Part shown: positions 23,746 through 36,238 of the stretch, piece by piece
How the letters are laid out: every line of letters begins with the position of its first letter
Numbering within the stretch: the stretch's first letter is position 1
Assembly (NCBI GenBank): GCA_030390025.1
Contig: CM059431.1
Location: forward strand, 136,712,001-136,776,000
From: Squalus acanthias
Lineage: Eukaryota
DNA length: 64,000 nt
Reading direction: 5' to 3'
The notes under the pieces: model-generated
Told to the model about the DNA's origin: nothing
What the model saw: the letters and a program-made list of their open reading frames with translations, nothing else
Database searches by the model: none
Program-made: the position numbers and the translations under genes

Positions 23746-26559
23746 TGATATGATGCTGTGTCAGTGGGGTGTCGGTGTAGGGCTCTGTCAGTGTGGTGTG
23801 GGGCTGTGTCAGTGCGCTTTTGGGCTGGGATTAGTGTGGTACGGGGCTGGGTCAGTGTGGTGCGGAGTGGGGTCAGTGTGGTGCGGGGTATTGTCAGTGG
23901 CGATTTTATTTGGGTTTGTGGCTGGGTCAGTGGGGCATGGGGCTGGGGCAGTGGGTTTTGGGTCTCGGTCTGTTGGGTGAAGTGCTGGGTCAGTGGGGTT
24001 TGGGGCTGGGTCAGTGGGGTGTGGGGATGGGTCAGTGGGGTGCGGGGCTGGGTCAGTGGAGTGCGAGGCTGGGTCCGTGGGGTCCGTGACTGGGTCCCTG
24101 GGGTGCGGGGCTGGGTCAGTGGGGTGTGGAGCTTGGTTAGCGGGGTGTGGGGCTGGTCAGTGGGGTGTGGGGATTGCTCAGTGGGCTGTGGGGCTGGGTC
24201 AGTGGGGTGTGGGGTTGGGTCAGTGGGGTGTGGGTCTGGGTCAGTGGGGTGCGTGGCTGGGTCAGTGGGTTGTGGGGCTGGGTCAGTGGGGCGCGGGGCT
24301 GTGCCAGTGGGGTGTGGGGCTGGGTCGGTAGGGTGTGGGGCTGGGTCAGTGGGGTGTGGGGCTGGGTCAGTGGAGTGTGGGGCTGGGTCAGTGGGGTGTG
24401 GGGCCTGGTCAGTGGGGTGTGGGGCTGGGTCTGTGGGGTGCGAAGCTGGGTCATTGGGGTTTGTGGCTGGGTCAGTGGTGTGTGGGGCTGGGTCGCTGGC
24501 GTGTGGGGCTGGGTCAGTGGGGTGTGTGGCTGGTTCAATGGGTTGTCGGGCTGGGTCTGTGGGGTGCGGGGTTGGCTCCGTGGGGTGCGGGGCTGGGTCA
24601 GTGGGGTGCGGAGCTGGGTCAGTGGGGTGTGGGGCTGGGTCAGTGGGGTGTGGGGCTGGGTCAGTGGAGTGCGTGGCTGGGTCACTGGGGTGCGGGGCTG
24701 GGTCTGTGGGGTGCGTGGCTGTGTCAGTGCGGTTCGGGGCTGGGTCAGTGGGGTGCGGGGCTGGGTCTGTGGGGTGCGTGGCTGGGTCAGTGGGGTGTGG
24801 GGCTGTGTCAGTGCGCTGTGTGGCTGGGTCAGTGGGGTGTGTGACTGGGTCAGTGGGGTGTGGGGCTGGGTCCGGGGTGTGCTGGGCTGGTTCAGTGGGG
24901 TGTGGGGCTCGTTCAGTGGGGTGTGGGGCTGGGTCGGGGCTGGGTCACTGGGATGCGTGGCTGGGTCAGTGGGGTGTGGGGCTGGTTCAGAGTGGTGTGG
25001 GTCTGGGTCAATGCGGTGTGGGTCTGTGTCAGTGGGTTGTGGGGCTGGGTCAGTGGGGAGCGTGGCTGCGTCCGTGGGGTGCTGTGCTGAGTCATTGGGG
25101 TGCGTGGCTGGGTCAGTGGGGTGCGGGGCCGTGTCAGTGGGGTGTGGGGCTGGGTCAGTGGGGTGTGGGTGTGGGGCTGGGTCAGTGGGGTGAGTGGCTG
25201 GGTCTGTGGGGTGCGTGGCTGGGTCAGTGGGGTGTGGGTGTGGGGCTGGGTCAGTGGGGTGCGGGGCTGGGTCAGTGGGTTGCGTGGCTGGGTCAGTGGG
25301 GTGCGTGGCTGTGTCAGTGGGGTGAGTGGCTGGGTCCGTGGGGTGCGGGGCTGGGTCAGTGGGGTACGGGGCCGGGTCAGTGGGGTGCGTGGCTGGGTCA
25401 GTGGGGTGCGGGGCTGGTTCCGTGGGATGCAGTTATAGGTCTGGGTCAGTGGGATGTGGGGCGGGAATCATTGGAGTGTGTGGTTCGGTCAGTGGGGTTT
25501 CAGTCTGGGGCAGTCATTTGTAGGGTTGCATCAATGGTGTGTCGCCAAGGGCTGGGTCAGCGGGTTGTCAGTGCAGGTTTGCTTACATCGTGTATCTGTG
25601 TATGTCCGAGTCAGTGGGAATCGATGTAGGGCTTGTTCAGTGTGCATTACGGCTGGGGCACTGTCATTTCGGTTTGGGACTTGGTCCATGGGGAATCGTT
25701 GAGGGGCTGGGTCAGTGGGCTGTGGGGTTGGGTCACTGGTGTGTGTGGGCCTGGGTCAGCGCTGTGTGGTTCAGGATCAGTGGGGTGTGGGGCTGGATCA
25801 GTGGGGTTTGGTGCTGGGTTACTGAGGTGTGGGGTTGGGTCAGCGTAGTGTGGAGTTGGATCTGTTGGTTGGAGGGCCAGGTCTTCGGGGTGTCGTTGTA
25901 CTGCTGGGACAGTTGGGTCTCGTTATGGTGCTGGGTCAGTAGAGTGTCACTGTAAGGCTGGTTCAGTGGTGTGTCGCTATTGTGCTGGATCATTGGTGTC
26001 TCGGTGTAGATCTGTGTCAGTAGGGTATGGGCCTGGGTCTGTGGTTTTTGGGCGGGGTCAGTAGGGTGCAATGCTGGGTCAGTGAGGTGCGGGGCAATGT
26101 CAGTGGGATCCGGATGGGGTCAGTGGGATGTTGCGCGGGGTCAGTGAGGTGTGCAGCGGGCTCAGTGGTGCGTGGTCAGTGTATTTGTGGGGCGGGGTCA
26201 GAGGGGTGTAGGTGTTGGGCTGGGTCAGTGGTGTGTCGGTACGGTGTTGGGTAATTGGAGTGTGAGAGTTGGGTTGCGTTAGTGGGGTGTCTGTGTTGGT
26301 CTGGTCAGTGTGATTTCGATGTAGAGTTGAGTCTGTGGGGAGTCGGTGTGGACTGGTTGAGTTGGGTGTCGGGGATTGTCTGTATCACTGGAATTTCGGT
26401 GTAGGGCAGTTTTAATCGGGTTCAAGGTTGGAGCAGTGAGGTGTCGGTGTAGGATTTGGTCAGTGGGGTGCTGATACGGCTGGGCATCATTCTATGAAGC
26501 AATTTTCTAAAAAGCGAATTTCGGAGGCTTTGTTCTAATTCTGGAGCCTGCAACAAAAT

Positions 26560-26722
26560 GATAAACAGATTTTTAGCCTCCAGGGGAATCAAGGGATATG
26601 GAGACCGGGCGGGAAAGTGGAGTTGAGTTCGATGATCAGCCATGATCTTGTTGAATGGCGGAGCAGGCTCGAGGGGCCGTACGGCCTTCTCTTGCTCCTA
26701 TATCTTATGTTCTTATCTTATG
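26560..26722 (+). mobile_element. Short CR1 3' end
   Basis: gatcagccatgatcttgttgaatggcggagcaggctcgagggg... followed by a tcttatgttcttat tail. Confidence 0.8.
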
Positions 26723-26974
26723 TAACAAGCAAGCTCCTCCGGTAGAACTGGGAGATTCTAGTCGTGGAATGCTCTGTAATAGTGAAATTATTTAACTTGC
26801 TCGATAACATTGAACCACAAATGAGATTTGAGTATTTCAGAGGAGAGGGTTTGATCAGAGAGATGTGCCCAGTTCGACACGTGGGTAAAGAGGTAGACAT
26901 GTGCATCTCCATCTCCAGCCTCCCTTTTCTCTCGATGTTTTGTCGCCTCCCTAATCTCTGCTCATCTATTTCAC

Positions 26975-29940
26975 AGCCTCATGTTTGATTATCTCCATTC
27001 AGGTATCTGCACCTGCCGCAGCAATGAAATGACAATAACTAAAGCCCCAATCGACACATTCTGCGACTGTGACCGTGGAAAGATATCTCTCCTCATTCTT
27101 CTCGGCCTCTGCAGTATTTCATTCGTTCGAGCACATCATGCTCAAACACCTCTCCACCGTTGTCCAGCTCAGTCGGATTGCGCTCGCTTGGTCCCACTTT
27201 GAGCTAGCAAGTCGTAGACAGAGAATTTTTATCAATGGCTTCTTCTGCACTGTCATCTCCGGAGTCGCCAATGGACCTGTGTTCGCCCCATCCTATTACC
27301 CATCTCTACACGGCCCCATCCTATTACCCATCTCTGTACGGTCCCATCCTATTACCCATCTCTGTACGGCCCCATCCTATTCCCCATTTCTGTACGGCCC
27401 CATCCTATTACCCATCTATGTACGGTCCCATCCTATTACCCATCTCTGTACTGCCCATTCCTATTAACCATCTCTGTACGGCCACATCCTATTACTCATC
27501 TCTGTACGGTCCCATCCTATTACCCATCACTGTATGGCCCCATCCTATTACACATCGCTGTACAGCCCCATCCTATTACCCATCTATATACGGCCCCATC
27601 CTATTCCCCATCTATGTACGGCCCCATCCTATTACCCATCTATGTACGGTTCCTTCCTATTACCCTTCTCTGAACTGCCCCATCCTATTACCCATCTCTG
27701 TACGGCCCCCTCCTATTACCCATCTCTGTATGGCCCCATCCTATTACCCATCTCTGTACGGTCCCATCCTATTACCCATCTATGTACGGCCCCATCCTAT
27801 TCCCCCTCTCTCTACAGCCCCATCCTATTCCCCATCTCTGTACAGCCCCATCCTATTACCCATCTCTGTACGGCCCCATCCTATTACCCATCTCTATACG
27901 GCCCCATCCTATTACCCATCTCTGTACGGCCCCATCCTATTATCCATCTCTGTACAGCACCTTCCTATTACCCATCTCTGTACGGCCCAATCCTATTACC
28001 CATCTCTATAGGGCCACATCCTATTACCCATTTCTGTACGGCCCCATCCTATTACCCATCTCTGCACGGCCTCATTCTATTACCCATCTCTGTACGGTCT
28101 CATCCTATTACCCATTTCCGTACGGCCCCATCATATTACACATCTCTGCACGGCCCCATCCTATTACCCATCTCTGTACGGCCACATCCTATTACTCATC
28201 ACTGTACGGTCCCATCCCATTACCCATCACTGTATCGCCCCATCCTATTACACATCGCTGTACAGCCCCATCCTATTACCAATCTCTGTACGGCCCCATC
28301 CTATTACCAATCTCTGTAGAGCCCCATGCTATTACCCATCTCTGTAAAGCCCCATCCTATTACCAATCTCTGTACGGCCCAATCATATTACCCATCTCTG
28401 TACGGCCCCATCCTATTACCCATCTCTGTACGGTCCCATCCTATTACCCTTCTCTGAACTGCCCTATCCTATTACCCATCTCTGTATGGCCCCCTCCTAT
28501 TACCCATCTCTGTACAGCCCCATCCTATTACCCATCTCTGTACGGCCCCATCCTATTACCCATCTCTATACGGCCCAATCCTATTACCCGTCTCTGTATG
28601 GCCCAATCCTATTACCCATCTCTATACGGCCCAATCCTATTACCAATTTCTATACGGCCCCATCCTATTACCCATCTCTGTACAGCCCCATCCTATTACC
28701 CATCTCTGTACGGCCCAATCCTATTACCCATCTCTATACGGCCCCATCCTATTACCCTTCTCTGTACAGCCCCATCCTATTAGCCATCTCTGTGTAGCCC
28801 CATCCTATTACCCATCTCTGTAGGGCCCCATCCTATTACCCATCTCTGTGCAGCCCCATCCTTTACCCATCTCTGTACGGCCCAATCCTATTACCCATCT
28901 CTATACGGCCCCATCCTATTACCCATCACTGTACAGCCCCATCCTATTACCCATCTCTGTACGGCCCAATCCTATTACCCATCTCTATACGGCCCCATCC
29001 TATTACCCTTCTCTGTACAGCCCCATCCTATTAGCCATCTCTGTGCAGCCCCATCCTATTACCCATCTCTGTACGGCCCAATCCTATTACCCGTCTCTAT
29101 ACGGCCCCATCCTATTACCCATCTCTGTACGGCCCCATCCTATTACCCATCTCTGTACTGCCCCATCCTATTACCCATCTCTGTACGGTCCCATCCTATT
29201 ACCCATCTCTGTACGGCCCCATCCTATTACCCATCTCTGTACGGCCCCATCCTATTACCCGTCTCTGTACGGCCCCATCCTATTACACACCTCTGTACGG
29301 CCCCATCCTTTTACCGATCACTGTACGGCCCCATCCTATTACCCATCTCTGTACGGCCCCATCCTATTATCATTCTCTTTACGGCCCCATCCTATTACCA
29401 ATCTCTGTACGGCCCCATCCTATTACCCATCTCTGTACGGCCCCATCCTATTACCCATCTCTGTACGGCCCCTTCCTATTACCCATCTCTGTACGGCTCC
29501 ATCCTATTACCCATCTCTGTACGGCCCCATCCTATTACCCAACTCAGTGCTGCCCCATCCGTTTACCCATCTCTGTATGGCCCCATCCTATTAACAATCT
29601 CTGTACGGCCCCATCCTGTTACCCATCTTGTACAGCCCTATCCTATTACCCATCTTGTACGGCCCCATCCTATTACACATCTCTGTACGGCCCTATCCTG
29701 TTACCTATCTCTGTACGGTCCAATCCTGTTACTCATATCTGAGCGGTCCCATCCTATTCCCCATCTCTGTACGGCCCCATCCTGTTACCCTTCTCTGTGC
29801 TGCCCCTTGCCGACATTATGTGAAGCCAAGGTTCAGCTTTCACATGTACACCGACAACAATCTGCTCCAATTCTCCACCACCTCCCTCGCCCCCTCCACT
29901 GACTCTGCTTTGTCACGCTACTTCTCCGACAGCCATCCTA
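26975..29940 (+). mobile_element. L2-clade RT fragment split by an internal 28-bp array
   Basis: Left flank: CDCDRGKISLLILL, HLSTVVQLS.IALAW, TVISGVANGPVF. Right flank: LPLADIM..SFHMYTDNNLLQFSTTSL (degenerate YADD). Confidence 0.85.
27285..29797 (+). repeat. 28-bp minisatellite (GGCCCCATCCTATTACCCATCTCTGTAC), about 90 units
   Basis: Tandem units; the translation repeats every 28 aa (three units). Confidence 0.97.
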
Positions 29941-29944
29941 GATA

Positions 29945-30545
29945 AGCTTCATACGTGTCATTAACCTCGGATGCTTCACCTCTGGACCGGGTGACTTAGC
30001 CATTTTGAGGATTGTCAGTCTTTTAATTAACTCTTCTTTATCTATTGTTATCCTATCCAAAATCGTAACCACCTCCTTTCCTGCTAAACTGGAAGTATCT
30101 TCGATATTGAAGACAATTGCACAGCACTCATTTAGTACCGCAGCTACGCCCTCTGACTCCACGGCAATGTCTCCCTTTTCTCCATAATCGACGCCACCTT
30201 TCCTTTTATTACGCATTTAATATTTCCGTGTATTTAATGTCTTGTGTTGTCCCTTTTATTTTAGCCGCTAATCTATTCTCCTACTCTTTGTCCCGTCCTA
30301 TTCCCTTGTTTAGATCGCCACTGTATCTTTTATATTCATCTTGCTTCTCTACTGTATTATGAACCTCACATTTGTCATAAGTCTACATTTTCTGCCTCCT
30401 GTTAACCTCTATATCTTTAATCACCCAGTGAGCTTTAACTTTGGATGCCCTTCCTTTCCTCTCGTGTGAATATGTCGAAACTGTCATCTCCTCTTTGAAG
30501 ACCTCGCATATGCTTGTTTAGCTTCCAGGCCAGTATTCTGTTCAA
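29945..30545 (-). mobile_element. Old CR1 ORF2 linker fragment
   Basis: VAAVLNE...VF, KSPGPEVKHPRL (degenerate KSPGPDGMHPRVL). Confidence 0.7.
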
Positions 30546-31199
30546 TTCGCACACACAATCAGTCAGTAATCCATTCAAAACATTCAACCTGCCCTGTGGT
30601 AGAATATTATTACGTCGACTTTTTTTGGTCGCACTCCCGCCTTTGAGTCACGAGGGGGAGACAGGACATCGCGGGGGTAGAGAGGCCATCGCAGGGGGAG
30701 AGAGGAGATCGCAGGGCGAGAGGACACAGCAGGGGGAGAGAGGACATATGTTCTTATGTTATTATGCTCTTATTGAAGAGAAACATTAGGACTTGCCGGC
30801 CTGGTATTGAAGGAACCATTTTCCCAATCGGTAACTGCATTCAGTGAAGATAATATGAAATGGACTCAGTAAATTCTGGGGGATTTTGTGCGTATTCAGT
30901 GAGACTCTGGAGTACTTTGAATAATTTTGACGTATCCTTGTGATGGATGGGGAATAAGACCTGCAGCAGGATGGGGAAGGAGTCAGGGTAGGTAATGAGG
31001 CATTGAAGAGGTGGAAGGGAAAGGGCAGGGAGAGTAAATATAGAGCTGGAGCGTGTAGGCAGAATCAGGCACTGTGCAGGAGGAGAGGGTGGAAAAAGGG
31101 AGAGTTAAGATTGTAGCAGTTGGGGAAGGGAAAGAAGATCAGAATCCAGTATCAGAATAGTTTGGGCACCAGACATGAAGCACTGGAAGGAGCGGCACA

Positions 31200-31650
31200 A
31201 AGAAAAATCTTGCATTTATGTAGCGCCTTGCACGACCTCAGGAGGTCCCAAACCTCTTTACAGCCAATGAAGTGGAGTCACTGTTGTAATGTAGGCAACA
31301 AGGCAGCCAATTGGCGCACAGCAAGCTCCCACAAACAGCAACGTAATTAGGAAGAGATATACTGTTTTTGTTATTATGTTGATTGAGGGATAAATATCAG
31401 CCAACACACCGAGAATAACTCCCCTGCTCTTCTTTGAAATATTGCCAAGGAGTCGTTTACGTCTATCAGAGAGAGCAGACAGAGCCTCGGCTTAACATCT
31501 CATCTGAAAGACGGAAAGTCCGACATTGCAGCACTCCCTCAGCACTGCACTGGAGTGCCTCCCTACATTTTTGTGCTCAAGTCTCGAGGAGTTGGACTGT
31601 GAACCCACAACCTTCAGACTCAGAGGCGAGAAGCTACCCACTAAGCCACG
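31200..31650 (-). mobile_element. tRNA-derived SINE with an L2-type tail (SacSINE1/DeuSINE-like)
   Basis: A box TGGCTTAGTGG (31638-31648), B box GGTTCACAGTCC (31594-31605), central gtgctgcaatgtcgga..tttcagatgagatgttaa, and 3' tail ..aaggcgctacataaatgcaag. Confidence 0.8.
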
Positions 31651-33087
31651 GATTACACTTAAGAAGGAGGAAGCGGGATCACACATGGAGGATTCAGGAG
31701 ATATATTACTAAGTTTTAATCTTTATGTTAAAAGCAAATTCTAATTAGAAAATTAACGTAAGGTTCAGAGTTCTCATCTCATAATGAATTGAATCCGCTA
31801 ACCGATATTTTTTTAAAGAATGAAATGAACAGGTGAATCTACAGTAAAAGTTACCAATAAAAGTTAGCTTGTCAATGATACAAATAGCTAGCTTGTTTAC
31901 CGCCCACATTTGCCGATTAATTTTCAGTCAGTGAAACCCGGAGCCTGAGACTCCTGGGTGTGAACATGCTGATCGAGGCCCAGATTTACTTATTAACTGG
32001 AGATTCGCTCCCGGATTTTATAATCGTTGCTGTGTTGCTAATGAATGACCATCATTGGAAAATAACCGGTAACCAGTCATGTGACGGGAATTGTAGCTCT
32101 CCATGTCAATCCAGATCAGGTGAACATTGTATTAATCCTGATACCCAGTTTAATAGAACCGGGATCTTAAGGAATTACATTTACACAGAGTTAGAATCGG
32201 GTCAAAGAAACAGCTAATGATTGAAAGTAAGGTAATTCCAAAACATTAACGCGTTGACTCCGAAAGCTCACTGTGCTCTTCCCTCTGCTGTTTGGTCCCA
32301 ATAAACTAACATTGATCTTTGTCCCTTGCTATCTGTGCCCTTGTAAAGCCTGATAATAAAGAGATTTAATGGTGAGCAATATAATCCTACTGTTGACAAG
32401 GAACTGGTTCTGGCTACAGAACGCGGCTTCTCTGTGGCATTGTCTGAACCCCAGATGGAAGAGATGCGGGAAATATAGTCATTGTAACCTTACACTGAAT
32501 GAATGACTTTGGTTATAAGATCAAATTTCTCACAAGGATTCAAACTGAATGAGACCGTGTGTGATTCAGATCGAGACCTTCACCAGAGAACAGGGCGGGG
32601 AAGGATTGTACTGATCAGGCTGAAGGTGGTGTTTATGACTGTGATCGGTAACTGATATTTACCCAGGGTGTGTTCATTAACCTGCTGAGCACACAACGTT
32701 AAATTACCCAGAGTCTGTGGAACAAGAATCAGGAGTCGCAGGACAAGGTAAGGACCTGGATTAAACCGAGCACCATTATCGTGTTTTAATGTAGCAGAAC
32801 TGACCCATCGTCCTTTATTTGTACAGCAGGTCGATGATATTGAAAAGTTGAGCAATCAATAACGAATTAGGAAAGATTCTTTTTTTTTTAGTAATTGACT
32901 GCTTGCCGCCGCGTCATTTAATATAATAAAACGTACAAATCTCACACACTAACATTCCGCCATTGGAAATAGTATAGAAATGTATTTCTAGTTAATGACA
33001 TGCTTATGAACAAACAATTAGAGATCGAAACTTTTCAACATACACCATATCCTCTCAGCCGCTCCTCTCGCGTTTTATGGCCTTTTG

Positions 33088-34345
33088 CACTAGAGGTGAC
33101 CAAGCCCCTCTTGTACTAGAGGGAACCCTGCACTTACACTAGAGGTGATCATGCTCCTGCGGTACCAGTGGTACACGACACTATCACAAGAGGTGACCGT
33201 TCTCCTCTGGTATAGTGGGACCCTGCACTTACACTAGAAGTGACCATGCTCCTGCGGTATTAGTCTACAGGTACATTTAAACTGCAGGTGACAGTGCTCC
33301 AGCCGTAATAGTGGTAACCCTAAACGTACATTAGAGATGAACAAGCTCTTCCAGTACAAGCGGTCCCCTACACTTACACTAGAGGTGACTGAGCTTCTCT
33401 GGTACACGGGGAACCCTAGACTTACACGAGAGGTGAAAGTACTCCTCCGGTATTGGTGGTGCCCCAATATAATAGTAGAGATCACCATTCATATCCAGTA
33501 CGAGAGGGACCATGCACTTAAACAAGAGGTGACCGTGCTCCTCTGCTACTGGTGGTACAACTGCACTTATATAATAAGTGAACATGCTAATGTGGTACTA
33601 GTGGTACCCTAAACATACACGAGATGTGACTGTGCTCATCCTGGTATCATTGGCATCCATACAATTCGACTAGAGGTGACTGTGGTTCTCTGGTACTATT
33701 TGTACCCCTACACTTACACAAGAGGTGACCGTGATCATTGCATATTAGGGGTGCCTTAAAGATATACGTGAGATGAGCGTCCTGCTCGAGCACTAGTGAA
33801 ACCCCACACATAAATGAGAGTTGATTATGCTTCTTCAGTACTAGTGGTGCAGGCACACTTACACTGCAGGCGACATGTCTCCTCGTGTACTAGGGATACC
33901 CTAAACGGACACACAAGTGGCGACCGTGTTCTTGCATTACAAGTTAGCCCCTACACTTACACTCGAGGCGAACCTCCGCCTCCGGTACTGGTGGTATCCT
34001 GCACTCACACTTAAGGTGAAAAGACACTTCCGGTAAAAGTGGTGGCCCAGAATTATAGTAGAAGTGATCGCCCTCCTCCTGTACTAGTGGTTCCCTACAT
34101 TTACATTAGAGGTGAAGGTGTTCCTTCGTTACCAGTGTCACCCTTCAATTATGCTAGGGGTGATTGTGCTCTACTGCTACGACCGATACCCCAACACATA
34201 AACTGAAGGAGAACGTGCGCCTTCAGTACTTTGGTTACCCCACATTTACACTAAAAATGATTGTGCTCATCCGTACTAGTGCTACCACTGCACTTACACT
34301 AGAGGTGAGCATGCTCCTCTGGTACTAATACCCTACACTTACACA
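33088..34345 (+). repeat. Degenerate tandem repeat, about 48-bp unit (approx. CACTTACACTAGAGGTGACCGTGCTCCTCTGGTACTAGTGGTACCCTA), about 26 units
   Basis: TAGAGGTGA-like anchors at 33091, 33140, 33188 and 33235, continuing to about 34300. Confidence 0.85.
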
Positions 34346-34379
34346 AACCTGTGCAAACATTTTTGCGTGAATCTGCTAA

Positions 34380-36095
34380 ACAGACTGTGGACGGGAAATT
34401 GCTGATAGCGGGAGTTCGGTACAGGGGGAAACAGTTGCTTAGCACTTAAAACCAAGAGGCAACAGTAAATAAGCAAATATATAAATAATTAGTGTAATTA
34501 ATTAGACATAATTTTGTAAAATTAATATTAACTAAGTAAAGGATACCAACAGTAAAGGAACCTAACTGGATTATAGACACATCTGGTAAACATAAATAAT
34601 TGAATAATAAATAGGATTAAAGGGATAACAAACTAAAACATGTATATAACATGAGTAGATAGAGATTTAAGTGAAATGACGGGAACTCCATGACGCGCCG
34701 TACGTCCTGGATAATCACGTGTGCAGAAGGTGCCTCCAGTTGCTCTAACTCAAGCACAAGTTTCCTGAGGTTGAGGAGCAGATGGACTCATGGCAGGGCA
34801 TACGGGAGGCCGCGAATTTCCTGTTGCGCACATGCCAGGAACTGGTCAACCCGCAGCTAGATATAGTTCAGGAGGATAGTACGTGGGTGGCCATCCGGCT
34901 GGGTGGGAAGAAGCAGGCAGTGCAGAAATACTTCAGAAGTGTGGCACTCTCACACTGGTTTTCACTGCTGAATACCGTTGCAGGTGACGACACTTCGGGT
35001 GTTGGGGTCTAGAGCACATCCACGGCACCGTGGGGAAATGATTGCACGGGCGGAGGGAGGGCACAGAAACGTATAGAAAACTGTTGTCATAGGGGAACTG
35101 ATAGTCTTGGGGCTAGACAGGCGATTCTGCAACCGCCAACGTGAGTGTTGCATGATTTTTACCTCCCTGGCCCCAGGATAAATGGCATCACTGAGAGGGT
35201 GCAGAAAAGCTTTGAGGGGTCGGGTGAACAGCCATAAATCGTGGTCCATATGACAACAAATGACATAGGAAGGAAAAGCATTGAGGTCCTGCAGTCAGAG
35301 GTTCAGGAGCTCGGTTTGAAATTAAAGAGAAGCACATCAAAGATAGCAATTTCTGATTACTCCCAGTGCTACGCGTTAGGGAGTATAGGGATATTATGCA
35401 GGTTAACACACGGTTGGACAATTGTTGCAGGACGGATGTCTACAGATTTTAGCGTCATTGGGAGCAGTTCTGGGCAGGAGGGACCTATTAAAGGTAGATG
35501 GGTTTTACCTCAACAGATCTGTGATCAATGTCATCGTGGGAACATTAACTATTGCACGGGGAGTATTTAAATTAATTTAGTGGGGGATGGCTTCAGGATT
35601 AAACATTAGAGAGGAGAAACAAGGTGCACAGAGGACTGGGAAAGACAGATATCACAAGAGTAAAGAAACGTTTAAAAATATGAATGATTAGACAGGTGAG
35701 GCTGTCGAAGATGCGGTTGGAGTGCATTTGCGTAAATGAACATAGCGTGTTAAAACAAAACTGTTGTTGAATTGTAGGCACATGACGCCACATGGGACTA
35801 TGATGTAATTATAATAATAGCGACCTGACTTAAAAAGGGGAGGATTGGGAACTTAATATTACTGGCTATAATTTGGGAAAAATAGGGAAGCGGAAAGAGG
35901 AGGGGATTTGGCAGTATTGATCAAATATCCATTATAGCACCAGAGAGCGATGATGTAGATGAGGTCAAAGACATAATCTATTTGGTTATAAGTAAGGATG
36001 TATTGCACTACTGTGTGTATAGTATAAGCCACTAAATATTGGGAAAGAGAGAGATGAACACATTTACAGACAGGATGCAGAAAGATGCTGGAACT
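34380..36095 (+). mobile_element. Old decayed CR1 5' half (ORF1 zinc-finger/esterase and the start of ORF2)
   Basis: Remnants of DNHVCRRCLQ, VVIGE.IV.G.DRRFC, VVHMTTNDIGRK, LECICVN.HSV and GGGFGSI. Confidence 0.75.
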
Positions 36096-36099
36096 GCAG

Positions 36100-36238
36100 A
36101 GTAATGTTGTAAAACGTCCCAAATCGTTGCACAGGAGCATTTTAACACAAAACAAATTGACACCTATCCACATAAGGATAAATTAGAGCAGATGACCAAC
36201 AGCCTGGTCAAAGAGGTAGGTTTTAAGCAGCGTCTTAT
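36100..36238 (-). mobile_element. L2 3' tail, same family as window positions 1-80
   Basis: atccacataaggataaatta..gcagatgacca..caaagaggtaggttttaagcagcgtctta matches positions 8..79. Confidence 0.9.

Larger units (their letters stand above)
16930..26480 (+). repeat. Large G-rich minisatellite domain (mostly 21-bp GGGTCAGTGGGGTGTGGGGCT, 27-bp-like units at the edges), interrupted by two CR1 copies
   Basis: Tandem units, extreme G/T strand skew and degenerate ends. Confidence 0.95.

Noticed and set aside
16955..25629. Gly/Trp/Val-rich or PHPTDPA-repeat ORFs resembling keratin-associated or structural proteins
   Set aside because: They are translations of the 21-bp minisatellite in several frames on both strands.
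27235..29594. Pro/Tyr-rich ORFs resembling extensin or adhesive proteins
   Set aside because: They are read-through of a 28-bp unit cycling through all three frames inside a dead L2.
31590..31650. tRNA gene
   Set aside because: The A and B boxes belong to a SINE head followed by a SINE body and LINE-like tail.
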